This document shows, piece by piece, positions 27,374 to 36,386 of a stretch of 48,823 bases of DNA. Position numbers and translations under genes: made by a program. This DNA comes from a bacterium (lineage in GTDB: Bacteria > SAR324 > XYD2-FULL-50-16), in the NCBI GenBank assembly GCA_032250835.1, contig JAVVEA010000022.1, forward strand, positions 1-48,823. The letters run 5' to 3'. The first letter of the stretch is position 1. Each line of letters opens with the position of its first letter. Under the pieces are notes generated by a model. It had not been told where the DNA came from, made no database searches, and saw only the letters and a program-made list of their open reading frames with translations.

Positions 27374-29158
27374 ATGACAAAGTTCCATCAGTATAATTTC
27401 GGCATCATCGGCAATTGTTCTTATTTGGCCTATATCAACCAGGAGGCGAACGTCGTCTGGCAATGCTGGCCGCGCTTTGACTCCAGCTTCATCTTCGGCG
27501 GACTGATGGATAAAGAAAAGGGCGGCTATTTTTATATCCGCCCGGCTAGCGAAAAGTATTACAGCCACCAATACTACTTGCCCAACACCAACATCTTGGT
27601 CACCGAGTTCCGCTGCAACGACGGAGCCTACCGGGTTTTGGATTTTGCCCCACGGTTTAAGTTATATGAACGCTGGTATAAGCCCTTGCTGCTGGTGCGT
27701 AAGGTAGAACTGCTTTCGGGCACGCCGAAGATCAAGGTCGGCTGCTCGCCCCGGGGTCGCTATGGGGAACTAATACCCAAACCGCTTCAGGGCAGCAACC
27801 ACATCGAATACCACAAGCTTGATGAGGCAGTGCGTCTGACCACCAACATCGCCAAGACACACATCATGGAAGAAGAGGCCTTCTGCCTGACCGAAACCAA
27901 ATATTTGGCCTTAAATTATGGCCAAAATTTTGAAGCCGCTTTGGAGGACACCTGCGAGGAGTTTTTGCGGAAAACTCAGCTCTATTGGCAAACCTGGGCA
28001 CAGCGCAGCGGTATTCCGGGGGTTTATCAAGACCAAGTGTTGCGCTCGGGCATGATCCTTAAATTGCACCAGTACGACGATACCGGTGCGATCATCGCCG
28101 CCGGTACCACCAGCCTGCCCGAATCACCGGGGTCGGGCCGCAATTGGGATTATCGTTATTGTTGGATCCGAGATAGCTACTATACCCTCGAAGCACTCAA
28201 CTTCATGGGCCACTTTACGGAGCTACAGCGCTACTCGCACTTTATCCAAAACATTGTGCAGGGCGAGATCAACGGGGTTCAGCCGATGTACAAGATCACC
28301 GGCCATGGGGCTATTGAAGAGCGGGAACTGGATCTGGAGGGGTATCTGGGCAACAACCGCCCGGTCCGTATCGGCAACGCCGCCTACCAGCAGGTTCAGT
28401 ATGATGTCTTTGGCCAGATATTGCTTTCCCTCTTGCCGCTGTATGTTGACAGTCGTTTCCAGCATGACCCGGCCCCGCCGACTTCGTTGGTGGAGCGCTT
28501 GTTGGGCAAAATCGATGAGGTGATGGACGAGCCGGACGCCGGGATTTGGGAATTTAGGGGGCTTAAGCGCAAGCATTGCCACACCTACCTGTTCCACTGG
28601 GCTGGTGCCAGGGCGGCCAAAAAAATTGGGCAAAAGTTCTTTAATCAAGAACTGGTAGCCCATGCCGAAAATTTAGAGGCCCGCTCTAGGCAGATGATCG
28701 AAAAATGCTGGCGGCCCGAAAAGGGGTTTTATGCCAGCACCATCGACGGGGACGATGCCGATGCCAGTGACCTGCTGCTGATCATCCTCAACTATCTTGA
28801 ATATGATTCGGACCGGGCCCGCAGCCATCTGCAATATTTAGAGCGGGAATTGTATGCAGGCGAAGGTTTGCTCTATCGCTACCGCCATGCCGACGATTTT
28901 GGCTCGCCGGAAAGCGCTTTTTTGGTTTGTAGCTTTTGGTATATTGAAGCGTTGGCCTGTGTGGGCCGGATTGATGACGCCATCAAGACCTTTGAAAAAG
29001 TCTTGGGCTACGCCAACGGGATGGGCATGTTCTCCGAAGACATCTGCCCCACCGACGGGAGCCAGTGGGGCAACTGTCCCCAAACATACAGCCATGTAGG
29101 GGTGATCAACGCCGCGTCCCGCATCGCCACCAGATTAGATCGGCCATTTTTCCATTAA
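27374..29158 (+). CDS. glycoside hydrolase family 15 (trehalase/glucoamylase-like)
   Basis: IIGNC, TTSLPE..G..RNWDYRYCWIRD, PVRIGN.AY.Q.Q.DVFG, GIWEFR, F.VCSFW, GN.PQTYSH; start ATG 27374. Confidence 0.93.
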   Translation: MTKFHQYNFGIIGNCSYLAYINQEANVVWQCWPRFDSSFIFGGLMDKEKGGYFYIRPASEKYYSHQYYLPNTNILVTEFRCNDGAYRVLDFAPRFKLYERWYKPLLLVRKVELLSGTPKIKVGCSPRGRYGELIPKPLQGSNHIEYHKLDEAVRLTTNIAKTHIMEEEAFCLTETKYLALNYGQNFEAALEDTCEEFLRKTQLYWQTWAQRSGIPGVYQDQVLRSGMILKLHQYDDTGAIIAAGTTSLPESPGSGRNWDYRYCWIRDSYYTLEALNFMGHFTELQRYSHFIQNIVQGEINGVQPMYKITGHGAIEERELDLEGYLGNNRPVRIGNAAYQQVQYDVFGQILLSLLPLYVDSRFQHDPAPPTSLVERLLGKIDEVMDEPDAGIWEFRGLKRKHCHTYLFHWAGARAAKKIGQKFFNQELVAHAENLEARSRQMIEKCWRPEKGFYASTIDGDDADASDLLLIILNYLEYDSDRARSHLQYLERELYAGEGLLYRYRHADDFGSPESAFLVCSFWYIEALACVGRIDDAIKTFEKVLGYANGMGMFSEDICPTDGSQWGNCPQTYSHVGVINAASRIATRLDRPFFH

Positions 29159-29260
29159 TCATATAATCAAATAATAGAAGATAATTTCGAATAAAATGGA
29201 GACGAAAAGATTGTTTCTCTGATAGGTTTATCGCTATGTAACCGCATTGGAAAGCAATCT

Positions 29261-29503
29261 ATGGACTATCCTAAACTGAAACGTTTGGCGCTCAATGACG
29301 AGGGCTTTATTTTTGATCCGCTGACGGGCAATAGCTTTGTGGCCAATGCCACCGCCCAAGTAGCGTTGCAGGTCATACGCGAGGGCGGCGGCATCGCCGG
29401 GGCGGCGGCGAAAATTTGCCAAGACTTTGACGTGAGCCCTGAACAAGCCGAAGAAGATTTGCGCGAATTGCTGGCCCAATTGTCTTTAGAAAAGCTGGTC
29501 TGA
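29261..29503 (+). CDS. PqqD-family / RiPP recognition element (RRE) protein
   Basis: 80 aa; LA.NDEGFIFDP.TG.SF..N.TA...L..I......I...FDVS.EQA..DL..LL.QL....LV three-strand/three-helix pattern. Confidence 0.85.
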   Translation: MDYPKLKRLALNDEGFIFDPLTGNSFVANATAQVALQVIREGGGIAGAAAKICQDFDVSPEQAEEDLRELLAQLSLEKLV

Positions 29504-29505
29504 AG

Positions 29506-30543
29506 ATGGCTCGATTCACGCTGGCTGTGTCGGGCTTAAATGCCTCGGAAAACCCCGCTCCGGGCGTTGGCGTTGCCCGCAGCCTGTTAGAAGACCCAGA
29601 TTTAGATCTGCGGTTGGTCGGCTTGGTGTACGATGCCCTAGAGCCCGGTGCTTATCTGGACTGGTTATTCTCTAAAAGTTATTTGATGCCCTACCCCTCG
29701 GGCGGCAAAGACGCCTTCTTGAGCCGCTTGGCCCATCTGGCCCAGCGTGAATCGGTGGACTTCTGCCTGCCCACCCTAGACCTGGAAATCCCCCTTTACA
29801 TCCGCTACGCCGACGAAATCAAGGCCATGGGCCTTAAGACCTGGCTGCCCGAAATGGGCCCCTTTAAGGAACGGGGCAAAGACCAACTGCAACGTTTGGC
29901 CCAGGTGATGGGCCTTAAAGTCCCCCAGACCGAGATGGTCACGAGCCCCCAGGAACTAGAAGAAGCCTGTGAGAAGGAGGGCTTCCCTCTGCTGATCAAG
30001 GGGGCCTTTTATCAGGCCACCGAGGTTTGGACCATGCCCCAGGCCTTAGCGGCCTATCATTCGATTGTAGCGATCTGGGGCTATCCGGTTTTGGTGCAGG
30101 AGCGCATCGAAGGCGAGGAAGTCAATCTCGTTGGGGTCGGCGACGGGGAGGGCGGAAGCCTAGGTGAGGTGGCGATCAAGAAGATGTCGGTGACCAAAGA
30201 ACGCAAGATTTGGTCTGGCGTGACCATCCACCAACAAAGCCTCAGTGACGCATCAAGCGCTTTCCTGGGCCATTACCGCTGGCGCGGGGCCTATGAGATC
30301 GAATGTTTGGTGCGCGACGAGGCGCTGTATTTGATCGAGATCAACCCCCGTTTTCCAGCCTGGACCTACTTTGCCACCGGCGTAGGCGTCAACCTTCCGG
30401 CGCGGATGGTCAAAGCGGCCATGGGTATCGACCCCGGCCCGAATCCTAGCTACGCCCCCGGTAAGCTATTTATGCGCTATACCTACGAATGCATCAAAGA
30501 CCTTAAGGAATTCCAAAACCTGACCCTCCACGGCGAAACATGA
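29506..30543 (+). CDS. ATP-grasp ligase (CarB/PylC-like)
   Basis: N-terminal PAPG.GV.RSL; GFPLLIKG, VQERIEGEE, EIEC, IEINPRFPAW. Confidence 0.88.
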   Translation: MARFTLAVSGLNASENPAPGVGVARSLLEDPDLDLRLVGLVYDALEPGAYLDWLFSKSYLMPYPSGGKDAFLSRLAHLAQRESVDFCLPTLDLEIPLYIRYADEIKAMGLKTWLPEMGPFKERGKDQLQRLAQVMGLKVPQTEMVTSPQELEEACEKEGFPLLIKGAFYQATEVWTMPQALAAYHSIVAIWGYPVLVQERIEGEEVNLVGVGDGEGGSLGEVAIKKMSVTKERKIWSGVTIHQQSLSDASSAFLGHYRWRGAYEIECLVRDEALYLIEINPRFPAWTYFATGVGVNLPARMVKAAMGIDPGPNPSYAPGKLFMRYTYECIKDLKEFQNLTLHGET

Positions 30544-31892
30544 AAAAGGAGTACGAAAAGCCTCTGATCCAACGGCTCAAGACCGGCTTGCTCAATAAAT
30601 TTGGTGCCGCACCTTATTATAGCCGTAAGATCAGGAAAGACATCGACGGCGTCTTGATCCAAGATCTAGTGGAGCAATACGGCTCGCCGTTGTTTGTGTA
30701 CTCTGAGCGCCATATCCGCCAAGAGGTGCGCAGCCTAAAAGAACAGTTCGCCACCCGTTACCCCAAGGTGGAGTTGGCTTGGTCTTATAAAACCAACTAC
30801 CTTAAAGCGATTTGCGCGCTGATGCACCAAGAGGGGAGTCTGGCCGAGGTGGTTTCGGCCATGGAGTACGAAAAGGCCCGTGCCCTGGGCGTGCCCGGTA
30901 AGGACATCATCTTTAATGGCCCCCACAAATCCCGCGCCATCTTAAAGCGCGCCCTAGAAGATGGGGCCAAGATCCATCTGGACCACTTTGAAGAGTTGTT
31001 AGAGCTTGAATCGCTGGCTGATGAATTGGGCCTTCGCCCCCAGGTGGGCTTGCGGATCAATTTGGATTCGGGCATCTACCCCCAATGGTCCCGCTTTGGC
31101 TTTAACTTAGAATCAGGGCAGGCCTTTGAAGCCGCTCGGCGGATGCACGCCAAAGGCAAATTGACCCTGGATACGCTGCATTGCCATATCGGCACCTACA
31201 TCATGGAACCTAAGGCCTACGCTCAGTCGGCCGAAAAACTAGTGGCCTTGGCAAAGAAGCTGAAGGACGATCTGGGCTATCAGATCACCCGCCTAGACTT
31301 AGGCGGCGGATTCCCCTCTATGGGGCGTCTCAAGGGCCAATACCTGCCACCGGAAGTTTCCAACGCCAGCCTGGAAGGCTTCGCCGAGGCAATCTCAACG
31401 GCGCTCTACGCCAACCTTCCCCCCGGCGACCTACCTCAACTCTACTTAGAGTCGGGCCGGGCTTTGGTAGACGAAGCGGGCTTTTTAGTGACCAGTATCG
31501 TCGCCGCCAAACGTCTGCCGGACGGACGGCGCGCCTATGTGGCCGATGCGGGGATCAACCTGCTCTACACCTCCTTCTGGTACCGCTTTAACATTGAGTT
31601 GGAACGGGACATCAAAGGGGCCAACGAGCCCAGCGTGCTTTACGGCCCGCTGTGCATGAATATTGACGTGATCGACGAGGGGACCCAATTGCCGGGGCTC
31701 TCTAAAGGGGACCGGTTAATTCTCTCGCCGGTAGGGGCCTACAACCAAACCCAATCGCTCCAATTTATCGAATACCGGCCGAATGTGGTGCTGGTGCGTG
31801 AAAACGGGCAAGTGGATCTGATCCGCGAAGCCGAAACCCTTGAAGATATCGAGAGACGTGAATGTCTGCCAAAGGACCTGAAGCTTTCTTGA
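30540..31892 (+). CDS. PLP-dependent decarboxylase, Orn/DAP/Arg (fold III) family, LysA/BtrK-like
   Basis: GSPLFVY, WSYKTN (PLP Lys), HCHIGT, DLGGGF, ESGRALV, GPLCMNID, GAY; motifs diverge from housekeeping LysA. Confidence 0.88.
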   Translation: MKKEYEKPLIQRLKTGLLNKFGAAPYYSRKIRKDIDGVLIQDLVEQYGSPLFVYSERHIRQEVRSLKEQFATRYPKVELAWSYKTNYLKAICALMHQEGSLAEVVSAMEYEKARALGVPGKDIIFNGPHKSRAILKRALEDGAKIHLDHFEELLELESLADELGLRPQVGLRINLDSGIYPQWSRFGFNLESGQAFEAARRMHAKGKLTLDTLHCHIGTYIMEPKAYAQSAEKLVALAKKLKDDLGYQITRLDLGGGFPSMGRLKGQYLPPEVSNASLEGFAEAISTALYANLPPGDLPQLYLESGRALVDEAGFLVTSIVAAKRLPDGRRAYVADAGINLLYTSFWYRFNIELERDIKGANEPSVLYGPLCMNIDVIDEGTQLPGLSKGDRLILSPVGAYNQTQSLQFIEYRPNVVLVRENGQVDLIREAETLEDIERRECLPKDLKLS

Positions 31893-33940
31893 AAGAACAC
31901 GCCGGGGCCCTGCTCAATAGCTTTTCGGAGGTTTACTTCATCAACAGCCGGTTGGTGGGTTTGGCTTTCTTGTTACTGACCTTGGCCAATCCCCGGTTGG
32001 CTCTTGCCGGTTTGATTACCCTGGCGGCGGCCTATGGTTTCGCTAGGTTGGTCGGCCTGCGTGAAGAATTTTTGCAGTCCGGCTACTATACCTACAATCC
32101 GCTGCTAGTGGGTTTAGGTCTGGGCTCGGTTTATGGGGTTTCTTGGCTGAGTCTTTTGTTGTTGTTGCTCGCCGGGGTGATGACGCTGGTGGTGACCCTC
32201 GCCATGGCGCGGGTTTTTTATTGGTACCTTGGTCTGCCGATCTTGAGTCTGCCTTTTGTGGCGGTGATCTCGGCCATGACGCTCGCCAGCGGACATTATT
32301 CGAACCTCTTTGTGGCCAGCTTTTATCCCGCCCCGCACCTGCCCGAGTTGCCCCTGCCTTTATGGGCGTTGGGTTATTTTAGGTCTTTGGCGGCCATTTT
32401 GTTTTTGCCCCATTCCCTGCTGGGCTTGGGTTTGGCGGTGATCCTGCTGTTGGCTTCGCCGCTTTTGTTTGGTTTGTCCGTCGCCGGTTATTATACAGGC
32501 AGTCTGGTTTCGGCGGCGATGACCGGGTCTTGGGAAGGGGCTTTTTTAAACCTGAACCATTTTAATTATATCCTGATTGCTATGGGGATCGGCGGGGTTT
32601 TTCTAGTCGCTAGTCCGCGCAGCTTTCTGATTGCTATGTTGGCCGTGGCCAGTTCGGTGGTGTTGGTCGATGCGGTGATGGTCTTTTGGGCGACCTATGG
32701 TCTGCCGGTTTTGACGCTACCCTTTAACTTGGTGACTTTGGGTTTTGTCTATATTTTGCGGCTCTTGGGGAATCCCTTGGTGGCGCGGCGGGTGATGTCC
32801 GCGCCCGAAGCGACGCTAGATTATCACCTTTCGGTGACCAGCCGCTTTGACGATTGCCCCATCGCTTTGGCCCTGCCCTTTGCGGGCAGTTGGACCGTTT
32901 GGCAAGGCTTTTCGGGACCCTGGACCCACCAGGGCCCTTGGGCTAGGGCCTATGACTTTATTTTGACCGACGGCGAAGGGCAGTCTTTTCGGGGTGAAGG
33001 AGCCGAGACAAAGGATTATTTGGCTTGGGGTAAGCCCGTTTTGTCTCCCTTAAGTGGCCGGGTGGTGCGGGTGGTCAAACACCATGCGGACCAAAAGATT
33101 GGGCAGATAGACCAGCAGAATAGCTGGGGGAACTTAGTGATCATCCAGACCGAGGACGGTTGGCATGTGGAACTAAGCCACTTCCAAAAGGACAGCCTGC
33201 GCGTCGCCGAAGGAGATTGGGTGGAGCGCGGTAGCCTGCTGGGTCTTTGTGGCAATTCGGGGAACTCGCCTCAGCCTCATATCCACGTGCAGGTTCAAAT
33301 TGGCTCACGGATCGGGGAGTCTACCCTGGACTTCCGCTTTTCGGGTTATTTGGGCGCTGCGGGTTATGTCACCAAAGGATTGCCCGAGCCGGGCACCTGG
33401 GCCGAATCGCTGCCTCCGGCTCCGCCCGGGGTGGCCAGTTTCCCGCTAACCGAAAAGTTGGTCTTTAAGGCCATCCATGGCAAGGGCGAGCGGGGCTTGG
33501 TGACCTGGGAAGTGAAAATGGACGCCGAGGGGACCTACTATTTCGATAGCGGTAAAGGCCAATTGTATTTTGGCCGTATTGGCGACTGCCACTGCCACTA
33601 TACCTTGGTTGGTTCCGACCTTTCTTTAAAAACGCTTTTCTTGGCTTTGCCGCGTTGGCCGTTGACCGAGCGGCGGGAGCTAGAATTTTCGGAGTCCTTA
33701 CCTTTAGGGCTCCTTTACGGACCCATAATGCGGCGGGTATTGCTGCCTTTGGGGGCCTTTTATCATCAGCTGGGGCGTCCCTTCGGGCGTTACCGGCTAA
33801 AAAACGGGGAGATTCGGGGGACCGTTAGCAGCGGTTGGGGCAAAAAACAGGTAGATACCTGGGCTCAAATTGACTTGCAAAAGGGACTGCGGGGCTTTTC
33901 AGCAATGGAATGGACCTATATGAGGGTAGAGGATGAGTAA
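31889..33940 (+). CDS. urea-transporter-fold membrane domain fused to M23 metallopeptidase
   Basis: ~10 TM helices with duplicated YN..LVG / LP.L.LPF signatures; then H......YDF, WGN.VII, LSH, GNSGNSPQPHIH; start probably TTG 31889 overlapping the upstream TGA (ORF track: 31862). Confidence 0.85.
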   Translation: MKEHAGALLNSFSEVYFINSRLVGLAFLLLTLANPRLALAGLITLAAAYGFARLVGLREEFLQSGYYTYNPLLVGLGLGSVYGVSWLSLLLLLLAGVMTLVVTLAMARVFYWYLGLPILSLPFVAVISAMTLASGHYSNLFVASFYPAPHLPELPLPLWALGYFRSLAAILFLPHSLLGLGLAVILLLASPLLFGLSVAGYYTGSLVSAAMTGSWEGAFLNLNHFNYILIAMGIGGVFLVASPRSFLIAMLAVASSVVLVDAVMVFWATYGLPVLTLPFNLVTLGFVYILRLLGNPLVARRVMSAPEATLDYHLSVTSRFDDCPIALALPFAGSWTVWQGFSGPWTHQGPWARAYDFILTDGEGQSFRGEGAETKDYLAWGKPVLSPLSGRVVRVVKHHADQKIGQIDQQNSWGNLVIIQTEDGWHVELSHFQKDSLRVAEGDWVERGSLLGLCGNSGNSPQPHIHVQVQIGSRIGESTLDFRFSGYLGAAGYVTKGLPEPGTWAESLPPAPPGVASFPLTEKLVFKAIHGKGERGLVTWEVKMDAEGTYYFDSGKGQLYFGRIGDCHCHYTLVGSDLSLKTLFLALPRWPLTERRELEFSESLPLGLLYGPIMRRVLLPLGAFYHQLGRPFGRYRLKNGEIRGTVSSGWGKKQVDTWAQIDLQKGLRGFSAMEWTYMRVEDE

Positions 33941-34874
33941 GAAGACGTTGGTATTAGTTTTAGTTAGCTTGTTGGCCAGCGTTCCGGCCTGGGCCTACGA
34001 GCGCCCTTCGGGTGCGGTTTTATCGGCAGGGCAGACGGGGTTTAACGCTGAGGCCAGCCGCGATTCGATGTCCCAGGTTGCGGTTTATGCCTCCACTCCG
34101 ATGGATTTAGCCTTTACCTGGGAGTTCGCCGCAGACCAAACCAAGGTGACCTTTAAAGACGCCGATACCGATGCGGTACAAGAAACCAGCGGTACCATCG
34201 CATTGGGTTATGCAGGGTTTAACCACTCCTTTGCGCTGGGCTACCACGGGATCAGCAGCACCTCTGATTACAACAAAGGTGCCAGCGGCGTGGCCTTTGA
34301 TTATCTGTATTACGAAGGCTTTAACTGGTCAGCGGGATTGCATTACGGGCGTTCCAATTACCCTAACTTTATTGTTGATTATCAAGAAGTCACCACCACC
34401 ACGAGAAGCGCCCCCATCCCCGGTCAACCGCCCACACAGACGACGACCACGACCTACGAAGAGGTTACGGGTTTAACCATTAACCAAGTGGGCCTGACGG
34501 CTTCGAAGTCTTTAGGGCTTTATTTCGGACTAGACCTAGGATTAGACCAAATCATGATCAGCCCGGCGATCTACGGCCAAAAGGCCACCTCCTTTTCTTC
34601 GGCTTCCGCCGGGCTTCGTGCTTATTGGAGCACCTTTGCCTTTAACCTCAGCACCTACAGCGGAAAGCGTTTTGGTTACCTAGGGGCGCATGCCTTAGCG
34701 ATGTACAGCAACACCAACATCTACCAAAGCGGCGTTGCCTTCTCGACCCGCTGGACCATGGGGCCCAGCAGTGCCTTGACCGTAGCTTACAACCAGGATA
34801 ACTATCTAGAGTCTGAGTCTGGTCCGACGATGACCGGTTCGGGCCTTTCTGTAGCCCTTGGTTTGAGCTTCTAA
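33933..34874 (+). CDS. putative outer-membrane beta-barrel protein
   Basis: Signal peptide (AWA), alternating aromatic/Gly strands, C-terminal VALGLSF. Confidence 0.7.
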   Translation: MSKKTLVLVLVSLLASVPAWAYERPSGAVLSAGQTGFNAEASRDSMSQVAVYASTPMDLAFTWEFAADQTKVTFKDADTDAVQETSGTIALGYAGFNHSFALGYHGISSTSDYNKGASGVAFDYLYYEGFNWSAGLHYGRSNYPNFIVDYQEVTTTTRSAPIPGQPPTQTTTTTYEEVTGLTINQVGLTASKSLGLYFGLDLGLDQIMISPAIYGQKATSFSSASAGLRAYWSTFAFNLSTYSGKRFGYLGAHALAMYSNTNIYQSGVAFSTRWTMGPSSALTVAYNQDNYLESESGPTMTGSGLSVALGLSF

Positions 34875-35503
34875 TGCGAAAGTTGTTGGTCCTTTTTGTG
34901 TTGTTACTTTGGGCAGCGCCCTTGTGGGCGCAGAACGAAGTAGCTGAGGCCTACCAGAGGTCTTACGCGCTGGAATCGGCGCAGGACTATCCGCGTGCCG
35001 CTGCGGCGTTGATCCCCCTGTGGGAGGTGCATCCCCAAGGGTACACGCTCAACCTGCGGCTTGGATGGCTCTATTACCTACAAAACAAACAGGCCAACGC
35101 GATCGAGCATTATACCCGAGCAGTCCAAGCCTATCCTCTCTCGTTAGAGGCTCGGCTTGGATTGTCTTTACCTTATCTGGCCCAGCGGCGCTGGAGCGAG
35201 GCCGAACAAATCCTGACCGATGTGCTCAAGCGGGACCATTACAATTTTTATGGGAATCTCTACTTGGCGCGGGTGTACCGCTTTGAAGGCAAGTTGGAGT
35301 TGGCCGAAACTTTGCTGATGCAGACCCTGTATCTTTACCCCACCAATAGCCAACTGTTGCTTGAATGGGGCGAGGTATTAACGGCCCAAAACAAGGTTGA
35401 ACAGGGGCGTCAGGTGTTGGCGGACCTGTTGGTCTTAGACCCAGAAAACCTCCGGGCCAAGGCCTTGCTGAAAGTTTTAGCGGTTGCTGAACGGCATGAG
35501 TGA
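34874..35503 (+). CDS. exported TPR-repeat protein
   Basis: Signal peptide (LWA-Q); TPR helices e.g. LRLGWLYY....A...Y..A....P. Confidence 0.85.
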   Translation: MRKLLVLFVLLLWAAPLWAQNEVAEAYQRSYALESAQDYPRAAAALIPLWEVHPQGYTLNLRLGWLYYLQNKQANAIEHYTRAVQAYPLSLEARLGLSLPYLAQRRWSEAEQILTDVLKRDHYNFYGNLYLARVYRFEGKLELAETLLMQTLYLYPTNSQLLLEWGEVLTAQNKVEQGRQVLADLLVLDPENLRAKALLKVLAVAERHE

Positions 35504-36386
35504 CTACCGAGGTCGCTTCGCCCCCACACCGAGCGGCCCCTTGCATTTCGGCAGTTTGGTCGGGGCCTTAGGCAGTTATTTGGCCGCTAAGTCCCAATCG
35601 GGCGCTTGGCTCCTCCGCATAGATGACCTAGACGGGCCCCGGGTGGTCAAAGGGGCGATTGATCAGATATTGCGCCGCCTCGAGGCCTTTGGGCTGTTTT
35701 GGGACGAGTCGGTCCGTTACCAAAGCCAAAGATACCCAGAATACCAAGCCGCCCTAGACCAATTGATCGAGCGGGGCTTGGCCTATCCCTGCCATTGTTC
35801 GCGCAGCCAGTTGGGCCAAAGCTCCCAGGCGGGAATCGAAGGGCCTGTTTATCCGGGCACCTGCCGCCTGACCCCTGGGGCCGGGGAGCTTCGGTCCTAC
35901 CGCCTCTTGACCCAAGGGGCTCCCTTGGTGTTTGAAGACGGCAACCTAGGGGTCCAGCGCCTGGATTTAGCCGCCCAGGTGGGCGACTTTGTTTTGTGGC
36001 GCGCCGACGGGGTTTTTTCTTACCACCTAGCGACGGTGGTGGATGAGCAGTTAGATGGCATCACCGAACTGGTGCGCGGTGCGGACCTGTTGGTTTCGAC
36101 CCAACGGCATTTGTTTCTGATGGACCTATTGCGTCAGCCACGTCCGCGTTGCCTGCACCTTCCGGTGGCGCTGGATGCTCAAGGAGAAAAGCTGAGCAAA
36201 CAGACCCTAGCTCCTCCATTAGAGCCGGGCCAAGAGGGGCGGTTGCTTTTTTTAGCGCTGGAATTTTTGGGCCAATTCCCGCCTGAAGATATGCGCGGTG
36301 CCCCACCGGCTGAACTGCTCGCCTGGGGCGTGGCTCATTGGATGCCCCAAGCGCTGGGCGGTCAAGCAACGCGCTTAGCCCCTTAG
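35496..36386 (+). CDS. gluQ: glutamyl-Q tRNA(Asp) synthetase
   Basis: GRFAPTPSGPLHFGSL, RIDDLD, CHCSR..YPGTC Zn site, VRGADLL, KLSKQ; no anticodon-binding domain. Confidence 0.92.
   Translation: MSDYRGRFAPTPSGPLHFGSLVGALGSYLAAKSQSGAWLLRIDDLDGPRVVKGAIDQILRRLEAFGLFWDESVRYQSQRYPEYQAALDQLIERGLAYPCHCSRSQLGQSSQAGIEGPVYPGTCRLTPGAGELRSYRLLTQGAPLVFEDGNLGVQRLDLAAQVGDFVLWRADGVFSYHLATVVDEQLDGITELVRGADLLVSTQRHLFLMDLLRQPRPRCLHLPVALDAQGEKLSKQTLAPPLEPGQEGRLLFLALEFLGQFPPEDMRGAPPAELLAWGVAHWMPQALGGQATRLAP

Noticed and set aside
29196-29222. Mini-ORF METKRLFL as RiPP precursor for the PqqD operon
   Set aside because: 8 codons, no RBS, no leader motif; antisense ORF 29234-29479 is only the shadow of the PqqD gene
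30540-31892. Calling the decarboxylase housekeeping lysA
   Set aside because: Divergent motifs (SYKTN, HIGT, CMNID), N-terminal extension and operon context argue for a specialised paralogue
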